DNA of 64,000 nt from an uncultured bacterium (GCA_964601275.1 CAZRMV010000010.1:70999-134998); one strand, 5' to 3'; positions 9,622 through 19,487 are shown, counted from the first letter of the stretch. Notes: generated from the sequence alone by a model not told the origin. A program made the numbers and translations.

Positions 9622-10690
9622 ATGTCGAAGAGAGTCCTTCGTTTCGTGCTGGCTCCCATGCTCATCCTGATTCTCCTGCCCGCCGCGGCTCGCTCGGAGG
9701 AACCCCTGGCCGACGGCAAGGCCATGGGGGAATCGACCACCTACACCTTCCTTCGCGGGTCCTACGTCTTCGGGGCGGGTTCTGCAGACCGCCGATTTCC
9801 TGAACGACAAGGAACTGGTCCAACCCACTTCCCTCCATGGCTACTTCAACTGGCCGTGGAACCGCCATGGGCGATGGGAGTTCCACAGCGGCATCGGTTG
9901 CGGGATCTCGACCAACTGGAAGCAGTACGACCCCGCGAACAATCCATACAACACTGCCATCGGATCGTTCCGCAATGCCTGCATCGATGTCAGCTTCTTC
10001 AATGCCAGCTATGCTCTGAGTCCCCGCTGGAAGTTCGTGCGTGGACTCGACGGGACCCACTGGTCGAACGGGGGAACCCGCAAGCCGAACGCCGGGATCA
10101 ATGTCATCGGAACGCAACTGCTCCTACGCTATGGCTTGCAGCCCGAGCACCGCCTGCCGGAAAATGCAGTGATTCCCGAGTACAAGGATGACAGCGAATG
10201 GATTGCCATCTTCATGGCGGGGTCACGGAACCTGATCGTCAACATTCCCAACGACGAGATCTGGAACGAGTACGTGGGCAACGATTTCGCGGTTCTGGAT
10301 CTAGCTGTAGGTTACCACCGGCAGACAGGCTGGAGATCGAAACTCGGCGGTGGGGCCGAACTGGTGTACGACGAATCGATGACCGCCGCCATCGATGCCG
10401 AGGATGGCAGCGTAAACGATGTCAGCGCGTCCTTCGGGGACAAACTCGGCCTCGGCCTGTTCGGAGGGTACGAACAGGTGGTGTATCGCGCCGGACTTCT
10501 GGTGCAGTTGGGCTACACCATCCTGCGCAAGGACATCAAGGACAATCCCGATGTGACCCAGGGCCCCCGCTTCTACCAGAGGCTGGGTCTGAAGTACCAT
10601 CTGTGGGCGAATACCTTCGTGGGCCTCAACGTCCACTTCCATGATTTCTCGCGTGCCGACCAACTCGTACTCAACATCGGGCGCCGGTGG
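9622..10690 (+). pseudogene. Acyloxyacyl hydrolase / PagL-like outer-membrane beta-barrel, frameshifted
   Basis: Signal peptide MSKRVLRF... in one frame; shift near 9778 to VLQTADFL...NPYNTAIGS...HWSNGGTRKPNAGIN...FYQRLGLKYH, which joins ORF 10037; no stop after NIGRRW. Confidence 0.65.
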
Positions 10691-11312
10691 AAGATGTCGA
10701 ATCCTTCCCATTTTCCTTCCATCGCAAGGAGTGCGGATCGAATCCTTCGACCAGGGTGGGTTTCACGATCTCGAAGTAGGGGGAGATGTCGAAATCCCGG
10801 GGAGCGAACAGGCTATGGTGGCGGATGTGCAGGAGTTCCTCGTGGAACTGGCGCCGATCGGCGTCGGGCGCGTTCTCCACGACGCTCTCGGGCAGAATGG
10901 GGTAGTGGATCGACTGGAACGCCTGCGCGATGAGCGACGAGCAGATGGCCCGGGTCGGATCACCACTGCCCAGGGCCAGAAGACGTCGGCGCCATCGTGT
11001 CGGCACCGGGGGCGTCGGAATGAGGTAGCGGGCCAGGTCGAGGATGTTCTTTAGGTCGTACCGATAGACGATCCGGGATCGGGCGTACTCGACCACCGCA
11101 TCGATTTCCCCCGTCTGGAGTCCCACCGGGCGGCAGATCCGGGCGTGGAGGTTCCAGTACTTGCGCACGGAAACGGTCTGGACCCCTTCCAGCACATCGC
11201 CCTTCCGCAGGGAGGCGACCAAGGCCTCTGGTTTCCCGGTGCTGAGGCGAAGCTCACTTCGCCGTGGCCGGGAAAGGTGTTGGGCAAGAGCACGGCTGAA
11301 TGGGTTCATCAT
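10671..11312 (-). pseudogene. YiiX/YebB-like permuted papain (NlpC/P60) protein with in-frame internal deletion
   Basis: LRKGDVL joined directly to EGV; ICRPVGL, YDLKNILDLARY, GSGDPTRAICSSLIAQAFQ, HHSLFAPRDFDISPYF retained. Confidence 0.65.
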
Positions 11313-11569
11313 CGAGCACCTTCGACGTCTTCCACGACCTTACGAAGGAAGAGCTTCGCGGTGTCAATCCCCTCGGCAACCCCGGTCCTCCTGGATGGTG
11401 GTCGATCGCCAGCGCCGCCGCCACGGTGTCAGCCCTCGGCCAGCCCGGTCATCCGGGGGGCGAGAACCTCGTCGTCCCCGGCCTGGGAATGTGGGCGGCC
11501 CGATGTCACGCCCGGAAGGCTACCCCGTATACGCCATCAGTCATTCGGCTCAAACGAAAGGACGACGAA

Positions 11570-12064
11570 ATGACGATGCTCTCGAAAACCAGTCCCCTGC
11601 GGTTTCTGGGCGTTCTGTTCCTGCTGACCCTGGCCGCTCCCCTTCTTTTCTCCGTTTCCGCCCAGGCGGCCGACCACTCCACTCCCGGAGTGGAAACCGT
11701 GGTCAAGGGTTCGGTCGACGACGCGGTCGCGAAACTGTCGAAGATGGTGTCGAACAACGGAATGATGGTGATGGGTGAACTCCATCAGGGCAAGGTCCTA
11801 AAGATGACCGGACTGAAGGTACAGTCAGAGACCGTGTTCGTGGGCAATCCCGATATCGGCAAGAAGCTCTTCAGTATCGACCGTTCCGCCGGATTGGTCG
11901 TGCCCTTCCGCATCAATATCTACCAGAACGAGTCGGGCCAGACCGTGGTCGCGTACATCAAGCCCTCCAAGCTGTTGGGTGAGTATCACAACGACAAGAT
12001 CGACATGATCGCGAAGATGCTCGACGGCAAGTTCGAAGGCCTCACCAAGATGATGGCGAAATAG
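11570..12064 (+). CDS. DUF302 domain exported protein
   Basis: Signal peptide, ETVFVGNPDIG, GLVVPFRINIY, VVAYIKPS. Confidence 0.8.
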   Translation: MTMLSKTSPLRFLGVLFLLTLAAPLLFSVSAQAADHSTPGVETVVKGSVDDAVAKLSKMVSNNGMMVMGELHQGKVLKMTGLKVQSETVFVGNPDIGKKLFSIDRSAGLVVPFRINIYQNESGQTVVAYIKPSKLLGEYHNDKIDMIAKMLDGKFEGLTKMMAK

Positions 12065-12073
12065 TCCGACCGG

Positions 12074-12100
12074 GGGAGGGCCGGCCCGGCCGGCTCTCCC
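12074..12100 (+). terminator. GC-rich hairpin after DUF302 gene
   Basis: GGGAGGGCCGGC-CCG-GCCGGCTCTCCC stem-loop; no U tract. Confidence 0.4.
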
Positions 12101-12153
12101 GCACATCGGGTCGAGGCTGAACTCTCGCAAACCGTGGTCGGAAAGGACTCTCC

Positions 12154-12804
12154 ATGGACAGGATTCTCAAGGAAGAAACGATTCTGAGCGGGGTGATCCT
12201 GCTCATGGCGGGCATTTCTCCGAATCTCTTTCCGGCCGCCCTGGCGGGCGTTGCGAAGCTGGATGTCACCGGCAAGTACGTGCTGCTGCCGTCGATCGTC
12301 ATCCTGCTGGCGGGCGCCTTCCTGGCCTCCACGCGCGGTCATCACCGGTTGGCCAACCGGATCTGGGCGGGAATGCTGGCGGGTTTCGTTGGAACCTTGG
12401 GCCTGGAAGTCGTTCGCGCCACCAGCTTCCGACTGGGAGGGATGCCCGGGGACATGCCCCGGCTGCTCGGCGTGCTCCTGACCAACCGATTCATGTACGG
12501 GCCGTCGTTGGGTTCCGATCTCCTGGGCTGGGCTTACCATTTCTGGAACGGCATCAGTTTCGGCATCATCTTCACCGTTCTCTTCGGTCGTCCCCGCTTG
12601 ATCTGGGCGGTGATCTACGCCCAGTTGATCGGCATCGGACTGCTTCTGGGTCCGGTGGTGAAGTCCTTCGGCATCGGGTTCATGGGCAAGGACATGCCGG
12701 CCATGCCCTTGACCGTCGTGGTGGCCCACCTGGTCTTCGGGGTGCTGCTGGCCGCGGTGGTGAGGCGCCGGGTCGCGGAGAAGGGTTGGCTTCTGGGCGG
12801 GTGA
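12154..12804 (+). CDS. Hypothetical multi-pass membrane protein
   Basis: 216-aa ORF with ~6 hydrophobic segments and GC3-rich codons. Confidence 0.7.
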   Translation: MDRILKEETILSGVILLMAGISPNLFPAALAGVAKLDVTGKYVLLPSIVILLAGAFLASTRGHHRLANRIWAGMLAGFVGTLGLEVVRATSFRLGGMPGDMPRLLGVLLTNRFMYGPSLGSDLLGWAYHFWNGISFGIIFTVLFGRPRLIWAVIYAQLIGIGLLLGPVVKSFGIGFMGKDMPAMPLTVVVAHLVFGVLLAAVVRRRVAEKGWLLGG

Positions 12805-12932
12805 TCCGCCATTCCCGCCGGTCCAGGAAAAGAAGATCCGGTCGCTGCGGGTCGATTCAAAGAAGAAGCGGCGGTCCAGAGCGGGCCGCCGTTCTTCTCG
12901 AGGTTGTGGAATCCCCGTGGAGAGCCGGGTGC

Positions 12933-13484
12933 TCAAGCGAGCGAGGAAGAGATCCTCACCGGGTTGCTGATTGTGTCCCAGATCGGGGAGTGTTCGTTCA
13001 CGTAGTCGTGGAGTTGCTGGATCTGCTCCTTCGATGCATTCGCCGCCTTGACGTGGGTCTTGATGGTGAGGTCGGAAAGACCGGGGCGCATATCGCCCAG
13101 GTTCATGAACCCTTCCAGGCTTCCATTGGCGGTGATCTCGAAGCGCAATTCCTCCAGTTCGATGTCCTGTGCCGCGGCGTTGGCGGCGTACCCGACCGCC
13201 AGGCAGGCGGCCAGGGAACTGATCAGGGTTTCCGCCGGACTGATTCCCGCGTCGCCTCCGAGGATCTCCCGGGGTTCGTCGGTCAGCAGGGTGTGGGTCG
13301 TGGCATGGTCCGCGGTCTCCGCGCCCACCCGGTAGGCTTCCGTCTGGTGCTCGGCCTTCAAGCCGCCCTTCCACTGGGAACGGACGGTGAAGGTGAGGCG
13401 ACCGTTGGCGGGATCCTCCTTCACCGCTTCGATGGCGGTCATGAGATCGTCGACATTCACTCCATTGCGGACATTGGTTGACAT
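12933..13484 (-). CDS. OsmC family protein
   Basis: NGVNVDDL, DEPREILGGDAGISPAETLISSLAAC, SPIWDTISNPV; GGAGG SD before ATG 13484. Confidence 0.85.
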   Translation of the reverse strand: MSTNVRNGVNVDDLMTAIEAVKEDPANGRLTFTVRSQWKGGLKAEHQTEAYRVGAETADHATTHTLLTDEPREILGGDAGISPAETLISSLAACLAVGYAANAAAQDIELEELRFEITANGSLEGFMNLGDMRPGLSDLTIKTHVKAANASKEQIQQLHDYVNEHSPIWDTISNPVRISSSLA

Positions 13485-13669
13485 AGGCGCCTCCTGATGC
13501 GGGGGGATCCCAGTCAGTCTATGTGCGCGCTGGAAATGCCGCAACCTACAAAGTTCCAACGACTTACAAGGAAGACCACCGGGTCTGATAACCCGCTTGG
13601 AATCGACCCGCAAGGGCTGTTCCCGCCTGCTGTGGCCTCCTGGATGGCCCGATACCCGGTCGCCGGTTC

Positions 13670-15382
13670 TCACCGAGGCGGCGGCCCGGTCAGGACCGTT
13701 CCTTCGAAATAGGGGATGAAGAGGATTTCTCCGTCGGCAAGGCGTTCGACCGGCTGCATCACCTGGTAGAAGTGCTTCAGGGTCGAAAGCTCCAACAGGA
13801 ATGGCGGGTTGTCGTAGAACCAGGCCAGAAAGAGACCGCCGCGAGGCCCGCGCATCTTCACCCGGCGTTCGAATTCCTTCAATTCCTGGTACTGGATCGA
13901 GAGATCGTGGCTCTGGTAACCCTTCTCCCGTGGTGAGCGGGGAGCGCGGAAGCCGCAGAGATAGAACACCGCATCGGGACGATTGGTGAGCATGCGTCCC
14001 TGGTACGTGCCCTGGCGGAGACGGGCGGCCAGTGGTGACGCTTGCCAGCGCGGCAGAGCGTAGACCGCGTCGCGCGTGCGGAAGTCGTGGAGATGGACGG
14101 GAAGATGGACAAGCCCGGCGACAACGGCCACGGCCAGGCCGGAGAGGACCGCGGCGAACGCGGGACGCAGCCGGCGTTGGTCTCTCCGGGAGCTCGTGAC
14201 AAGGCCCAGCGCCAGCAACGCGGGAAGAACGGTAGGGGCGAGCAAGCGCTCATTGGGACGGTCCATGGCGCTGCGCGAGATCGCAAGGGCGAGCAACAGG
14301 AAGAAGATTCCACAGAAGAGGAGCAGGAAGAACGCCTCGTCCGCCGCTCGGCCGTGGGGGTCTTCGACGGAAGCTGCAACATGGGGAGTTCCGGTGGACG
14401 CGTTCCCGTGGCACGGTTCGTGGGTCGAGGACCTTCGCCGGGACAGGCTCCATGCGAACAGTCCCGCCCACAGAACCATGAATACACCCAACCAGGCCAC
14501 GTCGGGCAGCCATCCGCTCCAGGACTCGCCCAGGAACAGTCGGGGCAGGGGCCTTCCCAGGAAGTGGAGGATCTGCCCCCAGTCCAACATCGCGGGATGC
14601 CGTGGTCCGGTCGGGCCCTCTCCCAGGCGGAGATTCCGGAGCACCCACAGTGCCGAGGGGAGAGACGCAGCCACGCCGAAGAGAAGGCTCTTCAGGAGCC
14701 TCGTTCTCCCGGTTTCCCGACGACCGACCAGGAGATAGATGGCTCCGCTCGAGATGAGGGCGACCCCCACGTAACGGGTGAGCGTGGCCAAGGCCGCGGC
14801 CGTGGCGGCCAGCCAGAATGCAGAAACGCGACCGCTATGCCGAAAGGTCGACAGTCGCTCGATCGTCAGCAGGCACAACGCGCTGAAGAGCAACTCGGAC
14901 CACAAGGTGCAGGCGCTCCGCAAGAGGGGGTAGGCGAAGACCGCGGCGGCGGCCAGCATCCAGACCGCAACGGTCGAGGCCTGGCGGCGGCGGAGCCAGG
15001 CCACCGAAAAGCCCAGCAGGCCCCCGTAGAGCACGCACTGGAACAGCCAGGCCACCTGGTCGGCTCTCCGTCCCAGCGCGGTGGGCAGGCTCAACAGGAA
15101 GGGAAGGAGCGGGGGCCAGGCGCTGAAGATGCTGCCGTCGTAGTCCAGCATCCTCCCTCCGTGGGCCAGGCTCTCCGCGGCCGAGAGGTAACTGACCGAG
15201 TCGGGACTGATGCCCAATCCCAGGCCCCGGGTGAAAAGGAAGACGAACAGCATGCCTCCCAAGGCCGCGGCCCATGCGGGGAGCCAGCGCAGCTGGAACC
15301 AGCTGCCGGGGCCCGGCCGGGTTCCTCCTGCGTCGCGCGAGGGCCGAGCCGCTTTCCTCGACGAGACGGACTTGTGGCCCAC
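13670..15382 (-). CDS. GT-C fold (ArnT/PMT-like, family 39) membrane glycosyltransferase
   Basis: ISPDSVSY, WPPLLPFLL, WSELLF, ATLTRYVG, multiple TMs; start uncertain. Confidence 0.7.
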   Translation of the reverse strand: MGHKSVSSRKAARPSRDAGGTRPGPGSWFQLRWLPAWAAALGGMLFVFLFTRGLGLGISPDSVSYLSAAESLAHGGRMLDYDGSIFSAWPPLLPFLLSLPTALGRRADQVAWLFQCVLYGGLLGFSVAWLRRRQASTVAVWMLAAAAVFAYPLLRSACTLWSELLFSALCLLTIERLSTFRHSGRVSAFWLAATAAALATLTRYVGVALISSGAIYLLVGRRETGRTRLLKSLLFGVAASLPSALWVLRNLRLGEGPTGPRHPAMLDWGQILHFLGRPLPRLFLGESWSGWLPDVAWLGVFMVLWAGLFAWSLSRRRSSTHEPCHGNASTGTPHVAASVEDPHGRAADEAFFLLLFCGIFFLLLALAISRSAMDRPNERLLAPTVLPALLALGLVTSSRRDQRRLRPAFAAVLSGLAVAVVAGLVHLPVHLHDFRTRDAVYALPRWQASPLAARLRQGTYQGRMLTNRPDAVFYLCGFRAPRSPREKGYQSHDLSIQYQELKEFERRVKMRGPRGGLFLAWFYDNPPFLLELSTLKHFYQVMQPVERLADGEILFIPYFEGTVLTGPPPR

Positions 15383-15589
15383 CGGGGTCACCTTCCTGGA
15401 GAGCAAGGGAGGAGTCGGACCGGCGCGACCGGCCCCAAGCAGGGTACGCCGCCGCTCGCGTCCCACCGCGGCGGCATTTCCACGATCATCATACCCGACC
15501 GGGGGCGTGGTTCCACGGATTTGATGGAGAGTTCTTGCGGCAAGGAACCCTCGTATACTCATTGGAGGGAAATCGAAGGAGGTCCAAGC

Positions 15590-15886
15590 ATGGAGATCAC
15601 CGGCGACATCCAGATCGAGGACCTGGTGAACCAGTGTCCACCCTCGGTCGCGTTGCTGCGGAAGTTCGGTATCCGTTGCATCCAGTGCGGCGAGCCTCTC
15701 TGGGGCACGCTGGCCACGGCGGCCGAGGAGAAGGGCATCACCGATCTCACCCCGATCCTGCAGGCCCTGAGGAAGGAATGTGACCGGGCCGGAGCGGGGG
15801 ATGGGGAGGAGGAGAACCCGAAGATGGATCCGGCAGCTCCCGGATCGTTGACGCCCAAGACCGATGACGAGGCCCCGTCATCGTGA
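15590..15886 (+). CDS. DUF1858 domain protein
   Basis: ITGDIQIEDLV, LRKFGIRCIQCG, TLATAAEEKG; AGGAGG SD. Confidence 0.75.
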   Translation: MEITGDIQIEDLVNQCPPSVALLRKFGIRCIQCGEPLWGTLATAAEEKGITDLTPILQALRKECDRAGAGDGEEENPKMDPAAPGSLTPKTDDEAPSS

Positions 15887-16701
15887 AGATCGCGCTGGTG
15901 CAGCAGTTCGCCTCGGACGACCCCGCCGCCAACCGTCAGAAGGGCCTGGAGGCAGCGCGCCGGGCCGCGGGCAGGGGCGCGGCGGTCATCGGCTTCGCCG
16001 AACTCGCCTTCGATCGTTTCCATCCCCAGAAGCCAGCTTCGACAGACCCCCGCCAACTCGCCGAAACCATTCCCGGTCCCACCACCGAGGCCTTCTCCGC
16101 TCTTGCCCGGGAACTGGGAGTCGTCATCGTCCTGAATCTCTACGAACGCGATGGAGACCATGCCTATGACAGCTCACCGGTCCTCGATGCGGATGGGCGC
16201 ATCCTGGGGGTGACTCGCATGGTGCACATCACCGACTACGCGTGCTTCCACGAGCAGGACTACTACACTCCCGGAGACCGCGGCGCGCCCGTCTACGAGA
16301 CCCGCCACGGCCGTATCGGCGTCGCAATCTGCTACGATCGCCATTACCCCGAGTACATGCGCGCCTTGGCGCTTCACGGCGCCGAGCTGGTCATGGTTCC
16401 CCAGGCGGGCGCGGTGGGGGAGTGGCCCGAGGGACTCTACGAGGCGGAGATGCGGGTGGCGGCGTTCCAGAACGGGTACTTCACCGCCCTCTGCAACCGG
16501 GTGGGAAGAGAAGAGTGTCTCACCTTCGCCGGAGAATCGTTCGTGTGCGACCCGGCGGGTCGGGTGGTGGCCCGGGCGGGCTCGGGAACCGACGAGATCC
16601 TCGTCTGCGAGATCGACCTGGCCGAATCGGAGAACTCCCACGCCCGCCGGCTCTTCCTCCGCGATCGTCGCCCCCGGCTCTATGGAGAATGGTTGGACTG
16701 A
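15883..16701 (+). CDS. Carbon-nitrogen hydrolase (nitrilase superfamily, N-carbamoylputrescine amidase-like)
   Basis: FAELAF (Glu), EQDYYTPGD, GVAICYDRHYPE (Cys), NRVGRE; usual Lys position reads RMVHI. Confidence 0.85.
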   Translation: MKIALVQQFASDDPAANRQKGLEAARRAAGRGAAVIGFAELAFDRFHPQKPASTDPRQLAETIPGPTTEAFSALARELGVVIVLNLYERDGDHAYDSSPVLDADGRILGVTRMVHITDYACFHEQDYYTPGDRGAPVYETRHGRIGVAICYDRHYPEYMRALALHGAELVMVPQAGAVGEWPEGLYEAEMRVAAFQNGYFTALCNRVGREECLTFAGESFVCDPAGRVVARAGSGTDEILVCEIDLAESENSHARRLFLRDRRPRLYGEWLD

Positions 16702-16751
16702 TCCCCCTGGGGTCTTGTTCTACCGGAGCCCCATCCCGGCCGTTGACGTTC

Positions 16752-17858
16752 TCAATCTCCACCCTTTCCGCCCGCGTGGCAACTGATGCAGGGCTGGTTG
16801 TAACCGTGCTTCTGGGCGCGGTCCCAGTGGCACTTCACGCAAAGAGCTCGCTGGCTGGGGGTGGGATAGGGGTTGGGAATGGGATAGGACCCCGAGACCG
16901 CCCCGTCGTCCTGCAGGTAGATGACATTGGGATCCCAGCGGAGGGCGTGGGGAGCGCTCGTGGCATGAGCGCGGTGACAGGTCATGCAGGTGAGCTGGCT
17001 GGTGGCAGAGGCTCCCTCCGTCGAGGAAGTGGTTCGGTTGATGTCCTCCAAGGGAAGTTCGGGAATGTACGCGGTGGCGTAGGCCCCTCCGGTGGGGTCG
17101 TCCTCACCGTTGAAGAGATTGTAGTTGTCTCGCTGCTTGTTGCCCAGTGTCTTGCTGTCTGGATGGTCGAACGGTTGGGATTTGCTCTTGTGATAGGAGC
17201 CATGGCAGTTTCCACACCAGAGCGACCAGCCTTCCTGGTAGGCGGTATGATGGACCACGCTCTCTCCCGCCCCGTCGAGCGCGATGCCTTGAGCCAGCGG
17301 TGCGTTCGTGGTGAAGATGAAACCATCCGGAGTTTCCTGTCCTTGTCCGTAGAGCATGCGGTAGTTGGTGTTGCCGTGGGGGTCATGACAGGAAGGGCAA
17401 CCGAGTTCGCTGGAGGGGTAGGTTCCTCCCGGGGCGACATTGTTGTCGGGATCGGCGAACAAGCCGTAGCCCGGAGCCACGATGCTGTGTCCGGCATGGG
17501 CGCCGGAGACGGGGCCCCCTCCGCCCATACCGCCGCTTCCGTCGAAGATGTCGTCTTCCAACAGGAAGGTGAAGTTGCCGGCGCCTCGTTCCCGAGGTGG
17601 ATTCAGGGGATCATTGCCCAACACCGCCCCCGAGCTGGTGGCGTGGCAGCTCAGGCAGACCTCGCTGCCATTGGCGCCGCGTAGGAGCGCCTCTCCCGTC
17701 GGCCCGAAGGCCGGCACCATGCCGTCCTCGCTTTCGTGCATGATGTGGCAGCCGTTGCAGTGGGCCACTCCGCCTTCATGGAAGGCCGACGCGGCGGGGA
17801 CAACGAGGAGGTTTCCCAGGAAGAAGAGCGGGATCACCCGGGCCAGTTGCTTGAACAT
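16752..17858 (-). CDS. Exported heptaheme c-type cytochrome, OmcS-like
   Basis: Sec signal ending ASA/FH; 7 CxxCH (CNGCH, CLSCH, CPSCH, CGNCH, CMTCH, CVKCH, CISCH); motif order matches recalled OmcS. Confidence 0.85.
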   Translation of the reverse strand: MFKQLARVIPLFFLGNLLVVPAASAFHEGGVAHCNGCHIMHESEDGMVPAFGPTGEALLRGANGSEVCLSCHATSSGAVLGNDPLNPPRERGAGNFTFLLEDDIFDGSGGMGGGGPVSGAHAGHSIVAPGYGLFADPDNNVAPGGTYPSSELGCPSCHDPHGNTNYRMLYGQGQETPDGFIFTTNAPLAQGIALDGAGESVVHHTAYQEGWSLWCGNCHGSYHKSKSQPFDHPDSKTLGNKQRDNYNLFNGEDDPTGGAYATAYIPELPLEDINRTTSSTEGASATSQLTCMTCHRAHATSAPHALRWDPNVIYLQDDGAVSGSYPIPNPYPTPSQRALCVKCHWDRAQKHGYNQPCISCHAGGKGGD

Positions 17859-18097
17859 GGTGGTTCCAGTGGTCGAAGGTGAAGGTCCGTTCGTGACCTG
17901 AACTCGGCGCAATGCCGGAGCGTTCTTACCAGGGCTCGAGAGCCTGGATCAAGAATAGAGGACCCCGCGCACCGGTTCAAGTGGACTCGGCGAGAAGGTC
18001 GCGATTTGTTCCGCGGCATTCGGGGGTGTCGGAGGGTCGGATCGTGGATAATATGGCAGTGGAATGGAGGGTGTTCCCGTTCGATGGAGGGCCGGTC

Positions 18098-18511
18098 ATG
18101 CGCGATACCATCCCGATCTCGACCTCGACGCGTGAAGAATTGGTCGATATCACCGAGGCGGTCCAGGACATCGTCGCCAAGAGCGGCGTTCTCGACGGGC
18201 TGGTGAATGTCTACGCCCACGGATCCACCGGGGCGGTGATGATCCAGGAGAACTGGGACGACTCGGTGCAGACCGACGTGGTGAATCTGTTGAAGAAGAT
18301 GATTCCCCGAGGGGTGTGGTTGCATGATGCACAGGATGGCAACGGCGACGCGCATCTGAAAGCGGGTCTGGTCGGCCCATCCGAGACGATTCCGTTGATC
18401 GGAGGCCGGCTGGGACTGTCGCGGTGGCAGAACATCTTCTTCTGCGAATTCGACGGACCCCGACCACGCCGGGAGATCGTGGTGACGGTGATCCGCGACC
18501 CGGCTGGATGA
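18098..18511 (+). CDS. YjbQ family (secondary thiamine-phosphate synthase) protein
   Basis: ELVDIT, HGSTGAVMIQEN, DGNGDAHLKAGLVG, WQNIFFCEFDGPR. Confidence 0.9.
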   Translation: MRDTIPISTSTREELVDITEAVQDIVAKSGVLDGLVNVYAHGSTGAVMIQENWDDSVQTDVVNLLKKMIPRGVWLHDAQDGNGDAHLKAGLVGPSETIPLIGGRLGLSRWQNIFFCEFDGPRPRREIVVTVIRDPAG

Positions 18512-18571
18512 TCGGTCCGGAGACCCTCGTTGGGGTGCAACCCGGCGGGAGGACCCCGCGGGCGGAACACC

Positions 18572-19384
18572 CTAGGGGCGACTTCCGCGATGCTTCCGGT
18601 TCCGGCGGGTCTTCGCCCACAGCAGGTAACCTGAGAGGACCACCAGCAACCCGAAGGCCGACAGCGCGCGTAGCAGGGGGTTGTTGATATCGTCCCGCCC
18701 GCGGTAGTCCATGGTGTGCAGCATCCAGAGGAAATCGAAGATCCGCCAACTCCGAGTCCGCAGGGTGACCACCTGTCCCTCCCGGGCGGCGACGTAGACG
18801 TGGGCTCTCGACCCGTGGTCGAAGGAGATCTGCCAGGCCGGAAGGGGACCGTCGCGGTATTCGTGCCCGGGGCCCACGTCGGACTCTTCGAGACGACGCA
18901 CCCGGGCGACCTTCGCCTCGGGCTTGAAGGCGGCGCGGGCGAGGGCGATGGCTTCCTCCCGGTCCAGTTCGCCCCGGATGCTTCCGGTGGACACGTCGGC
19001 AAGGAGGGTTTGCCGGGTCTGCTCGTCGTCGATCCAGCGGAGACGGTAGTAGACCCGGTCCAGGATCTCGACCGCCTCGATCGACCTCAACTGGCGCGGT
19101 CTGATCAGTCCCCCGCCTGCGAAGTCGATGGCGTCGGGGGAGACCCACCCGGGCTGGAAAGGGATCGGCTCCGGCTCATTGCGCAGGTGATCTCCATGGA
19201 TCTCGTCCAGGTCGGTCCAGGCGAAGTAGATGCCACTGGCGGTCCACAGGAGGAGCTGGAGGCCGATGACCACGGCGACCAGGCGGTGGAAGCGGCGGAA
19301 ACGGAAGACGGGGATCAAGTGTCCAACCTCCGTGGGGAACGGTCGCCCGTACCGGGGATCGCGTCGCGGGCCGGCAGGGTCCAA
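18572..19384 (-). CDS. PepSY-associated TM / PepSY domain protein
   Basis: FHRLVAVVIGLQLLLWTASG, WRIFDFLWMLHTMDY; true start probably near 19320. Confidence 0.8.
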   Translation of the reverse strand: MDPAGPRRDPRYGRPFPTEVGHLIPVFRFRRFHRLVAVVIGLQLLLWTASGIYFAWTDLDEIHGDHLRNEPEPIPFQPGWVSPDAIDFAGGGLIRPRQLRSIEAVEILDRVYYRLRWIDDEQTRQTLLADVSTGSIRGELDREEAIALARAAFKPEAKVARVRRLEESDVGPGHEYRDGPLPAWQISFDHGSRAHVYVAAREGQVVTLRTRSWRIFDFLWMLHTMDYRGRDDINNPLLRALSAFGLLVVLSGYLLWAKTRRNRKHRGSRP

Positions 19385-19487
19385 GGTGGTCGAGATCTAG
19401 CAGAAATCGAGCGTGCCCACCAGGGGCGAAGAACTCGAGCGGGAAAGGGAAGAAAACGGGGGAACCGCGGCGATCGGTGGGCGGGGC

